DNA from: a virus
DNA length: 64,000 nt
Reading direction: 5' to 3' (one strand)
Virus record (IMG/VR): IMGVR_UViG_3300017991_000049
Location: 1 to 64,000 of that record
The translations under genes were made by a program, and so were the position numbers. The stretch's first letter is position 1, and the number at the start of each line of letters is the position of its first letter. The notes under the pieces are model-generated. The model did not search any database. It saw only the letters and a program-made list of their open reading frames with translations, and had not been told where the DNA came from. Positions 1 through 7,939 of the stretch are shown piece after piece.

Positions 1-29
1 AGTACCACGAAGTCTAGCAGGTGCATGTC

Positions 30-260
30 CTATTTTCCTTTACGTCGACCTTGTCGTCGATCCTGGTCCGCTTGTGCGAAACCTTTGGCAGCATGGAACG
101 CCATGAATAGCGCGCCACCAACGATCAGCAGCGGTATCAGCGACTCGATGCCAGCGATCATGAATGCGATCAGCAAAGCAATTGCGAGCATACCGGCTGC
201 CATTTTCGCCCACTCGTCGAACATGAGTTCAGCCCTCTCAAGTCCATACGGTCTGGTCAA
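30..260 (-). CDS. small membrane protein with two predicted TM helices (holin-like?)
   Basis: 76-aa ORF. Hydrophobic segments MAAGMLAIALLIAFMIAGI and LIPLLIVGGALFMAF. No homolog recognised. Confidence 0.3.
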   Translation of the reverse strand: MTRPYGLERAELMFDEWAKMAAGMLAIALLIAFMIAGIESLIPLLIVGGALFMAFHAAKGFAQADQDRRQGRRKGK

Positions 261-308
261 TATTTACAGCGAACCCCGCTGGGGCGCTACTTTCGGTCTT
301 CGCATTCA

Positions 309-330
309 CGCAAGACCTATGCTATCTTGC
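309..330. promoter_or_regulatory. inverted repeat TTGCTAT-AG-ATAGCAA (operator-like) in the divergent intergenic region upstream of terL
   Basis: Perfect 7-2-7 palindrome, seen directly, between the minus-strand small ORFs and the plus-strand terminase. Confidence 0.3.
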
Positions 331-471
331 TATAGATAGCAAACCACCATACAAATTACCCAGACCACCAGCAGAGCGATCCAGAACTTCTTCGTATGTG
401 ACCAGACATGACCACAGTATCGTTCGAAGGACTCGAACTTTTCCAGGTCATCACTCTTAGGACCATCCTCC

Positions 472-2367
472 ATGTCTTCTGACTCTCCAGTCTTCGACGA
501 ACCGATTGCGCTAGAAGGACTCCTGGCGCAAGCGAAAACAGTGTTCAATCCCGATGAAAACTCTCGAATAACGTCCACCGACCAGGTGGCCGCCTACAAT
601 AAGCTGTTGCGCACAGGCCAGGTAGATACCCTGGCGCACGCGCTACCGCTTATGTTGAACCTCAAGGGTAATCCGTACACCCTGAACGACCACTTTCCTT
701 TCGAGGAAATCTTCCGGTTCCACATGCCGTCGGCGCTGATCTACAAGACCGGCCGGCAGGTGTCCAAATCTACATCTCTGGCAGCGCACGGCGTCGTTAC
801 GTCGATCTCGCTGCCGAACATCACCACGCTGTACGTCATGCCGCTCTTCGAGCAGGTGCGCCGTTTCAGCACGATGTTTGTGCAACCATTCATCGACCAA
901 TCGCCGGTCAAGAAGCTCTGGACGGGCACGGACACCGTGAACAGCGTGCTCCACCGCAGCTTCCACAACCATTCGAAGATGCTCTTCTCGTTCGCGTTCC
1001 TGAACGCAGACCGTATCCGCGGTATTTCCGCGGACAAGATGGCGGTCGACGAAGTCCAGGACATGAACCACGAGCACATCCCCATTATACGCGAAACGAT
1101 GTCGGCAAGCCCGTGGGCCTTCCGACAATTTACCGGAACGCCCAAAACGCTCGACAATACGCTGGAAGCGCTCTGGGGTGAGTCGTCCCAAGCAGAGTGG
1201 TTTGTGCCGTGCATGCACTGCACGACCAACGGCGCGCCGACCTGGAACATCCCCACAATGGAGTTCCACCTGGAGAAGATGATCGGGCCCTACCGCCCAG
1301 ACATCTCCGAGGCGCATCCGGCAACGATCTGCCACAAGTGCGGCAAAGCGATCAGCCCACGCCTCGGCCGGTGGGTGCACAGATACCCTGATCGGATTTG
1401 GGATCAGGCGGGCTATCACGTGCCGCAGGTCATAATGCCGCTGCACTATGCGAAACCTGACAAGTGGGCAGAACTACTTGCCAAGATGGCCGGTAAGGGC
1501 AACACCCCGCTGAACGTGTTCTTCAACGAAGTGCTGGGCGAATCGTACGATACGGCAGCCAAGCTCGTGACGCTGACCGAGATCGACGCGGTGTCAAACC
1601 TTGGCGAGAACACCATCAACGCAGCGCGCGCCCGCCGGGGTATGTACAGCATGGTTGTGCTGGCAGTCGACTGGGGTGGCGGCGGTGAGAAGGGCCTGAG
1701 CTTCACGACGGCTGCCGTGTTGGGTATGCGCCGAGACGGCACCATCGAGGTCATCTACGGCAAGCGCCTGCTGACGCCACACGACCACCTGCGCGAGGCT
1801 CGAGAGATCAAGCAGCTCTGGGAGATCTTCAAGCCCACGATACTGGCGCACGACTACACAGGCGCCGGTGCGCTCCGCGAGACGTTCCTGATCCAGGCTG
1901 GTGTGCCCACGCGGGCCACGATGCCTTGCCAGTACGTCCGCTCGGCGTCGCAGCAGCCGTGCTACCACGTGGCGCCTACGCTGCAGCACCCACGCTCGCA
2001 CTACCGCGTTGACAAGAGCCGCTCGCTGTTGCTCACCTGCGCGATGATCAAATGCCGACGGCTCAAGTTCTTCAACAAGGACCACAATAGCAAGGAAGAC
2101 CCAGGACTCATCTGGGACTTCTTGGCCCTGGTGGAAGACAAGGTCACCACGATGGCTGCGGGCGAGATCTACCGGATCACGAAGCAGCCGGGCTTCACCG
2201 ACGACTTCGCGCAAGCTGTGAACCTGGGATGCGTCGCAATGTGGTATCGCACCCGCAGATGGCCAAAGCTTGACGAGATCGCCGAGTACGCCATCACGGA
2301 CGACCAGCTACGCGCGTCGGTGCCGCAGCACGACTCCGACTGGGACGACGAGCTACTGCCAGGCTAG
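472..2367 (+). CDS. terL: terminase large subunit (ATPase plus nuclease)
   Basis: 631 aa. Walker A-like GRQVSKST, Walker B-like MAVDEVQDM, C-terminal RNaseH-like nuclease region (VLAVDWGGGG). Size and architecture typical of phage TerL. Confidence 0.85.
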   Translation: MSSDSPVFDEPIALEGLLAQAKTVFNPDENSRITSTDQVAAYNKLLRTGQVDTLAHALPLMLNLKGNPYTLNDHFPFEEIFRFHMPSALIYKTGRQVSKSTSLAAHGVVTSISLPNITTLYVMPLFEQVRRFSTMFVQPFIDQSPVKKLWTGTDTVNSVLHRSFHNHSKMLFSFAFLNADRIRGISADKMAVDEVQDMNHEHIPIIRETMSASPWAFRQFTGTPKTLDNTLEALWGESSQAEWFVPCMHCTTNGAPTWNIPTMEFHLEKMIGPYRPDISEAHPATICHKCGKAISPRLGRWVHRYPDRIWDQAGYHVPQVIMPLHYAKPDKWAELLAKMAGKGNTPLNVFFNEVLGESYDTAAKLVTLTEIDAVSNLGENTINAARARRGMYSMVVLAVDWGGGGEKGLSFTTAAVLGMRRDGTIEVIYGKRLLTPHDHLREAREIKQLWEIFKPTILAHDYTGAGALRETFLIQAGVPTRATMPCQYVRSASQQPCYHVAPTLQHPRSHYRVDKSRSLLLTCAMIKCRRLKFFNKDHNSKEDPGLIWDFLALVEDKVTTMAAGEIYRITKQPGFTDDFAQAVNLGCVAMWYRTRRWPKLDEIAEYAITDDQLRASVPQHDSDWDDELLPG

Positions 2368-3077
2368 TCATCCCATTCCTCGATCCGGTAGCCAAGGAAC
2401 TCGAACAGCTGATCGTTGGGCTCCCTGTAGACGTCCGCCAGCCGCTGGCGCATCTTAGCGCGCATAGGCGGATACTTCCGTCGGTAGTTACGCGTATGGG
2501 GCAGCTTGCACCCAGCCAGCCCAAGCCACGCGAAGACGTCGTTCGTGGTGCGGGCGCTGTCAATACGCATGCGCTCGTTCACGATGATTAGCTGTTGCTC
2601 ACGTGGGTAGAATTCCGTGAGTACCTTGAGTTGTTTAGCGTACAGCCCGCGTCGGATACAATCGAGCTCGCCGCGCAGCGTAAGCTCTTTGTCGACATCC
2701 GGCAGCTCTTCGTTGATAAACTCGCGGAACGAACGGCCTTTTGCGCTGCCGCCGCGCCGTGCTAGTTGGTACTGCGAGTAGCACCGATCAATCGGGTTAC
2801 GTAGCACCATGATCAGCTTGACCTGCGGCAGCACTGTATGCATGCGGGCGATGTGCGTCCGGTGCAGCATGTATCCGGGTGTCTTCTCGCCGCAGACGCG
2901 TCCGCGACTGCCGTTGAACTGCCGTACGTACCAGGCTACGCCGCGGTCCCAATGCATATCAAAGAAGTGCAGCTCCTTGCCTGGAAAATAGACGGCAGGA
3001 TGTTGCTGCATATTGGACACCAGCGCGGTGGTGCCGCACTTCTGCGCTCCCGCTATCACAAAGTATGGTAGTTGCAT
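2364..3077 (-). CDS. PAPS-dependent sulfotransferase
   Basis: 237 aa. 5'-PSB motif IAGAQKCGTTAL and 3'-PB motif RNPIDRCYSQY of the sulfotransferase fold. Stop overlaps the terL stop by 4 nt. Confidence 0.8.
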   Translation of the reverse strand: MQLPYFVIAGAQKCGTTALVSNMQQHPAVYFPGKELHFFDMHWDRGVAWYVRQFNGSRGRVCGEKTPGYMLHRTHIARMHTVLPQVKLIMVLRNPIDRCYSQYQLARRGGSAKGRSFREFINEELPDVDKELTLRGELDCIRRGLYAKQLKVLTEFYPREQQLIIVNERMRIDSARTTNDVFAWLGLAGCKLPHTRNYRRKYPPMRAKMRQRLADVYREPNDQLFEFLGYRIEEWDD

Positions 3078-3138
3078 AGCTACTCCTGGTTAAGGTCCGC
3101 CATGATCGTTGCACGCGCATAGGTACCTCCTTATGCAT

Positions 3139-3160
3139 GAAAAAAGCCCCTTTCGGGGCT
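3139..3160 (-). terminator. rho-independent terminator between the tRNA array and the sulfotransferase gene
   Basis: Minus-strand RNA AGCCCCGAAAGGGGCU hairpin followed by UUUUUU. Confidence 0.6.
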
Positions 3161-3164
3161 AGGT

Positions 3165-3234
3165 GGCTGGAGGGATTTGAACCCTGCTCCTTCAGCGCCA
3201 CAAGCTGACGTGCTGCCTGGTACACCACAGCCAC
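3165..3234 (-). tRNA. tRNA-His (anticodon GTG), with extra 5' G-1
   Basis: Minus-strand cloverleaf read by eye. T-arm GGGUUCAAAUCCC. Anticodon stem UCAGC/GCUGA, loop UUGUGGC. Confidence 0.75.
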
Positions 3235-3236
3235 AG

Positions 3237-3307
3237 TGGCCCCACTAGGAATCGAACCTAGACCTGACGGTTAAGAGCCGCCTGCTCGACCTTCGAGCTA
3301 CGGAGCC
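3237..3307 (-). tRNA. tRNA-Lys (CTT)
   Basis: Acceptor GGCUCCG/UGGGGCC. T-arm CUAGGUUCGAUUCCUAG. Anticodon loop CUCUUAA. Confidence 0.75.
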
Positions 3308-3332
3308 AATTTTGTTCATATGATCAAGATCC

Positions 3333-3400
3333 GCCACACGGAGTTGAACCGTGTCCTCCGGCTTACCATGCCGGGCTCGTACCAGTCCGAGCTCTGGCGG
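3333..3400 (-). tRNA. tRNA-Thr (GGT)
   Basis: T-arm CACGGUUCAACUCCGUG. Anticodon stem CCGGC/GCCGG, loop AUGGUAA. Acceptor has one mismatch. Confidence 0.65.
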
Positions 3401-3415
3401 AAAACAGCCCTAAGA

Positions 3416-3485
3416 TCCGAGGGCAGGAATCGAACCCGCACCTGCTGAGTACGAAACAGCTGTTCTGCCGTTAAACTACCCCGGA
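3416..3485 (-). tRNA. tRNA, probably Thr (CGT)
   Basis: Acceptor UCCGGGG/CCCUCGGA. T-arm GCGGGUUCGAUUCCUGC. Anticodon loop read as UUCGUAC but the stem assignment is ambiguous. Confidence 0.55.
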
Positions 3486-3488
3486 TCA

Positions 3489-3590
3489 TCAGCGGAAGAG
3501 TATCCAAAACATGCCCAACACCACGATCCCAACAATGACATCGCGCGCTACGTCAGGCCAGGTGGTGGCCTCCGCAAGCAACATTTCCAT
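3489..3590 (-). CDS. 33-aa hydrophobic peptide between tRNAs (MEMLLAEATTWPDVARDVIVGIVVLGMFWILFR)
   Basis: Below the ORF-track size cutoff. ATG preceded by AAAGGAGG at ideal spacing. Single TM-like segment. Confidence 0.3.
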   Translation of the reverse strand: MEMLLAEATTWPDVARDVIVGIVVLGMFWILFR

Positions 3591-3613
3591 GACAAACCTC
3601 CTTTGTTAGTCAG

Positions 3614-3684
3614 TGGTCCCACTAGGAATCGAACCTAGACCCGCTGCTTAAAAGGCAGCAGCTCGACCTTCGAGCTATAGGACC
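3614..3684 (-). tRNA. tRNA-Lys (TTT)
   Basis: Acceptor GGUCCUA/UAGGACC. Anticodon stem GCUGC/GCAGC, loop CUUUUAA. T-arm CUAGGUUCGAUUCCUAG. Confidence 0.75.
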
Positions 3685-3689
3685 GTAAG

Positions 3690-3765
3690 TAGCGGTGGAC
3701 GGATTCGAACCGCATCTTCCGCAGGGGCTACCCACGGCGCTCTACCTGACGACTACCGACCCCGC
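3690..3765 (-). ncRNA. tRNA-like element (Asp-like D-arm); acceptor pairing not resolved
   Basis: T-loop GGUUCGAAUCC and D-arm-like GGUAGUCGUCAGGUAGAGC are present, but no clean 7-bp acceptor helix could be found by eye. Confidence 0.35.
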
Positions 3766-3930
3766 AGCCCGTGGATGTGACGTCACCATCCGGGACCCGA
3801 TCGCGCAGACGAATGTTCACGCCCTCGACGTGTACTTTGTCTCAGACGCTTCATTTGAGCTACACCGCCATAAGACGGCCGCTAGGACCACATCTTTCCT
3901 GAATGCGTTATTTCAGCACGCAGCCAAGTC

Positions 3931-3999
3931 GCTCCGCTCGGGGTCGAACCGAGACCACTGGATCATGACTCCAGCACACTGCCAATTATGTTACGGAGC
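3931..3999 (-). tRNA. tRNA-Met (CAT), elongator or Ile-lysidine type
   Basis: Acceptor GCUCCGU/GCGGAGC. Anticodon stem CUGGA/UCCAG, loop GUCAUGA. T-arm CUCGGUUCGACCCCGAG. Confidence 0.75.
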
Positions 4000-4003
4000 A
4001 GTC

Positions 4004-4070
4004 GGATGCCTGGGTTTCGAACCCAGCTCGGGGGCCTTATAAGAGTCCCCTAGGTCCCAAGCCTGCATCC
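4004..4070 (-). tRNA. tRNA with probable anticodon TAT (Ile2-like); irregular D and anticodon stems
   Basis: Acceptor UGGAUGC/GCAUCCG 7/7. T-arm CUGGGUUCGAAACCCAG. Loop CUUAUAA has U33 and A37. Confidence 0.45.
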
Positions 4071-4071
4071 A

Positions 4072-4620
4072 TCATAGCTTCACAGCCCAAGTCGTGTCCT
4101 CGAATACGTCGACGCGGTCCGCGAATTCCCTATCTACTGCTTTCATCACGCCACGGAAGCGCTTGTCGTAGTCATGCCCGGCGATGAACCGCGTGCAATG
4201 CGGCAGCCACAGCTTGATTTGCCGTGACACAGCTGCGTCCGTATGCACAGCGTCGATGTACACGCCGTCGACCTTACCGATGAACGGTTCAACGTCCATG
4301 TCGAAGGCGTTTATCAGCATGACGTTACGCTGATTGTACGTGTTCTTGTGGGCTTGCGCATGCGCCCAGCGCATGTCGCGCGGATGCATCTCCGCACCGA
4401 CACAGTCGCCAAGCGTTTTGTCGATTGTTAGTTCCCACGGATCGACGCCGAGCACGTAGTCGAAATACTTGGCGTGGACTAGTGTGCTTTCGCCCTGCCA
4501 TACGCCCAATTCGACCAATGTTCCACCGCCGTACTTACGGCCAAACGCGTGCAGGCCTTCCGTTAGGCCGGGCGCGGCGCGCATGCACAATCTAGGATCG
4601 TCGAGCTTGTTCTTTGTCAT
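4072..4620 (-). CDS. class I SAM-dependent methyltransferase (Methyltransf_24-like)
   Basis: 182 aa. Gly-rich SAM-binding segment GTLVELGVWQGEST. Acidic residue after beta-2. Size fits small O- or C-methyltransferases. Confidence 0.55.
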   Translation of the reverse strand: MTKNKLDDPRLCMRAAPGLTEGLHAFGRKYGGGTLVELGVWQGESTLVHAKYFDYVLGVDPWELTIDKTLGDCVGAEMHPRDMRWAHAQAHKNTYNQRNVMLINAFDMDVEPFIGKVDGVYIDAVHTDAAVSRQIKLWLPHCTRFIAGHDYDKRFRGVMKAVDREFADRVDVFEDTTWAVKL

Positions 4621-4633
4621 TTGTTCCTCCAGT

Positions 4634-4706
4634 AGGCGATGCAGGACTTGAACCTGCCGCCTCCACCGTGTCGAGGTGGCGCTCTGGCCTGATGAGCTAA
4701 TCGCCT
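4634..4706 (-). tRNA. tRNA-Val (GAC)
   Basis: Acceptor AGGCGAU/AUCGCCU. Anticodon stem CCACC/GGUGG, loop UCGACAC. T-arm GCAGGUUCAAGUCCUGC. Confidence 0.7.
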
Positions 4707-4708
4707 GC

Positions 4709-4807
4709 GGATCCGGTAGGGGCTTGCCCGGGGCGGGGCCCCTAGGCCGGACTTCGAACCCGTATTATCGCTCCTCCATTCCCCTAGTTGTTAAGGAGTC
4801 CCGGATC
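4709..4807 (-). ncRNA. about 99-nt tRNA-like RNA with non-canonical architecture
   Basis: Palindromic 7-bp terminal helix GAUCCGG/CCGGAUC encloses a T-arm-like ACGGGUUCGAAGUCCGG plus two extra hairpins (CUCC...GGAG and UAGGGGC...GCCCCUA). It is not a standard cloverleaf. Confidence 0.35.
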
Positions 4808-4810
4808 AGT

Positions 4811-4883
4811 CTGGGTAGCAAGATTTGAACTTGCGTCCTCGCGGTCCCGAACCGCGCGCTCTGCCAGGCTGAGCTACACCCAG
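4811..4883 (-). tRNA. tRNA-Pro (CGG)
   Basis: C1-G72 acceptor CUGGGUG/UACCCAG. Anticodon stem CGCGG/CCGCG, loop UUCGGGA. T-arm GCAAGUUCAAAUCUUGC. Confidence 0.75.
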
Positions 4884-4884
4884 A

Positions 4885-5475
4885 TTACAATTCTTGTATG
4901 CGTTCCTGCTTGAGCCACTTGCGTAGCAGCGCTTGCTCGGAATGCGCGTCGTGTCCTTTGAAGTTCGCATTGTACCCGAAGCAGGCGATCTTTATCGTCC
5001 AGTACGTGTACGCCGGATTGTCGACCAACCACTTCAAGATCCAAACGCCCGCGCTCGGATTCACGTTCTGCTCTACACCGAAGTTGCGTTTGTATCGCCG
5101 TACCCACGCGCAATGGCGCCTGTCAACGAATTCTACGCGCGATTCTTTGAGCGCCGGATAGCGTTTGAAGAACGGACAAAGGTCCATCTTGGTTAACTGG
5201 CTAGGCCGGAGCTTTTCGCGCTGTGACGGCATAATCCACAGATGCGGCTGCGCTTTCACGACTTCTGGGACGAGCCTAAGGCGCCCCATCGCTATCAACT
5301 CTCCATGGCCTTTCGCTGCACCACGTAGCGCCAGGTGTGTCGTACGTTTGCCGATCAGCCCGGTCTCGTAGAACGGTGTCGTCTGGAAGCGCGCAACAGC
5401 GTCCGCCGCATCTATAGCTGCGGACATGTCTTCGGACGGCTTGCTGTTGCCGACTACGACGATGGTTTTTGACAT
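4885..5475 (-). CDS. GT29-like glycosyltransferase (sialyltransferase-like), paralog 1
   Basis: 196 aa. N-terminal VVVGNS...AAIDAADAVARFQ matches sialylmotif L (VVGNSG...IDxHDxVxRxN). C-terminal CFGYN...GHDAHSEQ resembles the S/VS motifs. Confidence 0.5.
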   Translation of the reverse strand: MSKTIVVVGNSKPSEDMSAAIDAADAVARFQTTPFYETGLIGKRTTHLALRGAAKGHGELIAMGRLRLVPEVVKAQPHLWIMPSQREKLRPSQLTKMDLCPFFKRYPALKESRVEFVDRRHCAWVRRYKRNFGVEQNVNPSAGVWILKWLVDNPAYTYWTIKIACFGYNANFKGHDAHSEQALLRKWLKQERIQEL

Positions 5476-6119
5476 AATCCGGCTCCAACGTGCTCCGCAA
5501 GCTCCCAGTCAGCCTCGGTGTCAATGTCGACCAGTTCGGTGCCGCGCACTTCTTGGAACCATGGATGGAAACCGATGCGCCGTCCGTGCTCACGCATGAA
5601 AGTGCGCCGAAGAATCCAGAAGCCATCCGACTCAATGAAGATCGGCGCTTGCGTTTGCGTCGGCGGACATGTACGTGGGTCGTGGTTGATTGACTGGTAG
5701 TGGCAGTTCCACAGACGTCCGCGGACGGCTTGCATGCTGGCGGCCGAATCAAAACCGCTAGCGATGACAGCATTCATGGCGGTGCGGATACTGTCCACGC
5801 GAATGAACGGCGACGTCGCGTTCTTGATGCAGCACCACGTCGCTTTCTCTGGAACGGCCGCCAGCATATCGCGAAACATTCTGTTGCTGTCCTGTATCTC
5901 CATGACGGTCCGCTCGGGATACAGCACGACGTCGGACGGGACGTGATCCATGATGGCGGGTTCGCCGTAGACGCCGATCTCGTCGATAAGACCCTCTTCA
6001 CGCAGCTGGCGTAGCGGTTCCAGCGTCCATTCGTACAGCGGGCGTCCGCACAGTTCGCGGAAGTTCTTGCCGGGCACACGCTCGCTGCGCATCTTCAGGG
6101 GTGTGACAGCTATTCGCAT
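5454..6119 (-). CDS. CMP-nonulosonic acid synthetase (NeuA/KdsB-family acylneuraminate cytidylyltransferase)
   Basis: 221 aa. N-terminal IAVTPLKMRSERVPGKN (canonical IAxIPAR-SKRLPGKN). C-terminal VDIDTEADWELAE. Confidence 0.8.
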   Translation of the reverse strand: MRIAVTPLKMRSERVPGKNFRELCGRPLYEWTLEPLRQLREEGLIDEIGVYGEPAIMDHVPSDVVLYPERTVMEIQDSNRMFRDMLAAVPEKATWCCIKNATSPFIRVDSIRTAMNAVIASGFDSAASMQAVRGRLWNCHYQSINHDPRTCPPTQTQAPIFIESDGFWILRRTFMREHGRRIGFHPWFQEVRGTELVDIDTEADWELAEHVGAGLCQKPSS

Positions 6120-6745
6120 GGTATGTCTCCCATGTTACCGATCGGGTGCAACCGGCCGCCACGCACCCAACGTTTCAGCAGCTCACGCTCCAGGCCTTCT
6201 GGATGATGACCGCGAAAACCGCCCGTGAAGCCGGTAACCTGTATGGTATACTCTGCAAACTCCGTTTGCGATAGCAGCCATTGTAGCACCCATAAGCCGC
6301 CCGTTGGCTCCACATGGCCTTTGAAGCGCCGTCGCCTCCAAAAGTATGCTTTCAGCGCCGTACGTGCTGACATATCCACGAAGCGTATCGGCAGCTCGCT
6401 CATCTGCGGATAACGTGCGAAGAAGGGCGCAACCTCGACGTGATGCAGATTGCACCACGACAACTTACGCGGCGCATGCATGCCCCAGCCGTCGCTGCGC
6501 ATGACCCACAGCTCTGGTCTGGCAGCTAGTGCCTCCTGCGATAGGGGCAGCTTGCCTGTACTCAGATCTTTGCCAGTCCCTGTCGAGGCGCCGCGGAATG
6601 CCAACGCCGTTGTCTTAGTGCCGGTCAGCCCTAACGGGTAGTAGAAAGCCATCTGGAAGCGTACGACTTCGTCAGCGTCGTCGATGATCTCCGACAGGTC
6701 GACAGTCGGCTCAGCGTTTCCGACGACTACCATAGTCTTGGCCAT
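6110..6745 (-). CDS. GT29-like glycosyltransferase, paralog 2
   Basis: Start moved to MAKTMVVVGNAEP because the upstream part of the ORF overlaps tRNAs. Shares VVVGN...IDDADEVVRFQ and GF-x-G-x-HH-x-E motifs with 4885-5475. Confidence 0.5.
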   Translation of the reverse strand: MAKTMVVVGNAEPTVDLSEIIDDADEVVRFQMAFYYPLGLTGTKTTALAFRGASTGTGKDLSTGKLPLSQEALAARPELWVMRSDGWGMHAPRKLSWCNLHHVEVAPFFARYPQMSELPIRFVDMSARTALKAYFWRRRRFKGHVEPTGGLWVLQWLLSQTEFAEYTIQVTGFTGGFRGHHPEGLERELLKRWVRGGRLHPIGNMGDIPCE

Positions 6746-6759
6746 GACGCCTCCGTGCG

Positions 6760-6845
6760 AGTGCGCGCAGTCAGGATTCGAACCTGCATTTCTCCGTTGG
6801 CTACACTTAGGTTCCGGCAGCGCTACCTTTCCCGTTCTCGCCCGC
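6760..6845 (-). tRNA. long (about 86-nt) tRNA-like gene, possibly a type II tRNA; isotype not resolved
   Basis: T-arm CAGGUUCGAAUCCUG and Leu-like D-arm GGAAAGGUAGCGC. Acceptor and anticodon helices ambiguous by eye. Confidence 0.4.
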
Positions 6846-6878
6846 GGTTGACTGTCCAATCAGCCTATACGCGCGAAG

Positions 6879-6952
6879 TCTAAGTGGCAGGATTCGAACC
6901 TGCGGCCTTCTGGCCCCCAGCCAGACGCTCTACCAGACTGAGCTACACTCAG
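6879..6952 (-). tRNA. tRNA-Pro (GGG)
   Basis: C1-G72 acceptor CUGAGUG/CACUUAG. Anticodon stem UCUGG/CCAGA, loop CUGGGGG. T-arm GCAGGUUCGAAUCCUGC. Confidence 0.7.
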
Positions 6953-7569
6953 ATTAGCCAATCGTTTTCATCCTGCATACGCTGGATTTTCTTGGTCTGC
7001 TTGATATGCCAGTTGTAGTGGCACATATAGCGATTCTCGCTCAGCTGACTGTTCAGCTGGTACCACCCAGACGGGTACATCAGCGGGTCCAGCATGACCA
7101 TGTCCACGACATCAGGCTCTTTCCGCAACCTGTGCTGGATACGCATCTGATCGTCGCAGTATTGGCGGCGCCGGCGGTACTTAGGCAGGTTCGCAGGGTC
7201 CAGCAGGTCCAGCGTCGCTGGCGTCGGTGCCGCGGCGAAGAATCCTGCGCACACCTTGTTGTCGCCGTCCGGACAGTCACGTTGGAAGACGATGTCGTGG
7301 CCTTCAAGCGTGCGCTCCAAATCCTTACGCGGATCACGGCGGAAAACGACGTCGACGTCGGTCCAGATGACGACCTCGCCTTTCAGAAGCTCCTTGCGTA
7401 CGAGCCTGACCTTCTGCATCATCATCTGTTCGAACAGCTCGGTACCGTACGGCTCGCCGTGCACCTGCATATCGTGGATCTCGATGCCAACGCCGATGCG
7501 CTTCAACGACGCGAGCATGTTTTGCACCAGCGGACCCACTCTTTCGGTGCACATCGAAATCAATTTCAT
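6949..7569 (-). CDS. nucleotide-diphospho-sugar (GT-A fold) glycosyltransferase
   Basis: Start set to MKLISM because upstream codons overlap tRNA-Arg. Motifs VVIWTDVDVVF (DxD) and DIVFQRDCPDG. About 206 aa. Confidence 0.45.
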   Translation of the reverse strand: MKLISMCTERVGPLVQNMLASLKRIGVGIEIHDMQVHGEPYGTELFEQMMMQKVRLVRKELLKGEVVIWTDVDVVFRRDPRKDLERTLEGHDIVFQRDCPDGDNKVCAGFFAAAPTPATLDLLDPANLPKYRRRRQYCDDQMRIQHRLRKEPDVVDMVMLDPLMYPSGWYQLNSQLSENRYMCHYNWHIKQTKKIQRMQDENDWLI

Positions 7570-7577
7570 AGGTGAAG

Positions 7578-7649
7578 TACCCTCGGTAGGATTCGAACCC
7601 ACGTGGAACGGTGTAGAAAACCGTGGCCTATCCTCTAGGCTACGAGGGC
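7578..7649 (-). tRNA. tRNA-Arg (TCT)
   Basis: Acceptor GCCCUCG/CGAGGGU. Anticodon stem ACGGU/ACCGU, loop UUUCUAC. T-arm GUGGGUUCGAAUCCUAC. Confidence 0.7.
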
Positions 7650-7658
7650 ATTATATCA

Positions 7659-7731
7659 GTCACCCCACCAGGAGTCGAACCTGGGCCTGCGGCTTCGGAG
7701 GCCGCCGTCTTGTCCTCTCGACTATGGGGTG
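7659..7731 (-). tRNA. tRNA-Arg (CCG)
   Basis: Acceptor CACCCCA/UGGGGUG. Anticodon stem GCGGC/GCCGC, loop CUCCGAA. T-arm CCAGGUUCGACUCCUGG. Confidence 0.7.
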
Positions 7732-7859
7732 TGAACGCGACGGCCCGGACCTCTATTTCAGTACGGCCTGGGATCATTGCGGGTGTCTAAGGTTACGCCG
7801 TCGAGTGCGTGACGAAACGACGACTCCCACTCCAGTACGTCACGATACTCCGCCGCGAG

Positions 7860-7932
7860 CAGCCCCGGCAGGATTCGAACCTGCATTAACCTGGCTTAGG
7901 ACACCAGTGCCTTTCCGTTAGGCGGCGGGACT
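7860..7932 (-). tRNA. tRNA-Arg (CCT), tentative
   Basis: Acceptor AGUCCCG/CGGGGCU. Anticodon loop GUCCUAA (G32 atypical). T-arm GCAGGUUCGAAUCCUGC. Confidence 0.55.
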
Positions 7933-7939
7933 GAGGCCG

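Noticed and set aside
25-339. 104-aa plus-strand ORF at the window start
   Set aside because: Ser/Ala-rich low-complexity product antisense to a more plausible small membrane-protein ORF. The window edge also prevents evaluation.
643-1446. 267-aa minus-strand ORF (and the 741-1256 and 1594-2214 ORFs) antisense to terL
   Set aside because: Arg/His-rich low-complexity translation lying entirely inside the well-supported terminase gene. Typical antisense artefact in GC-rich DNA.
3695-4042. 115-aa plus-strand ORF across the first tRNA array
   Set aside because: It spans three tRNA or tRNA-like genes on the other strand. Its composition reflects the tRNA sequences.
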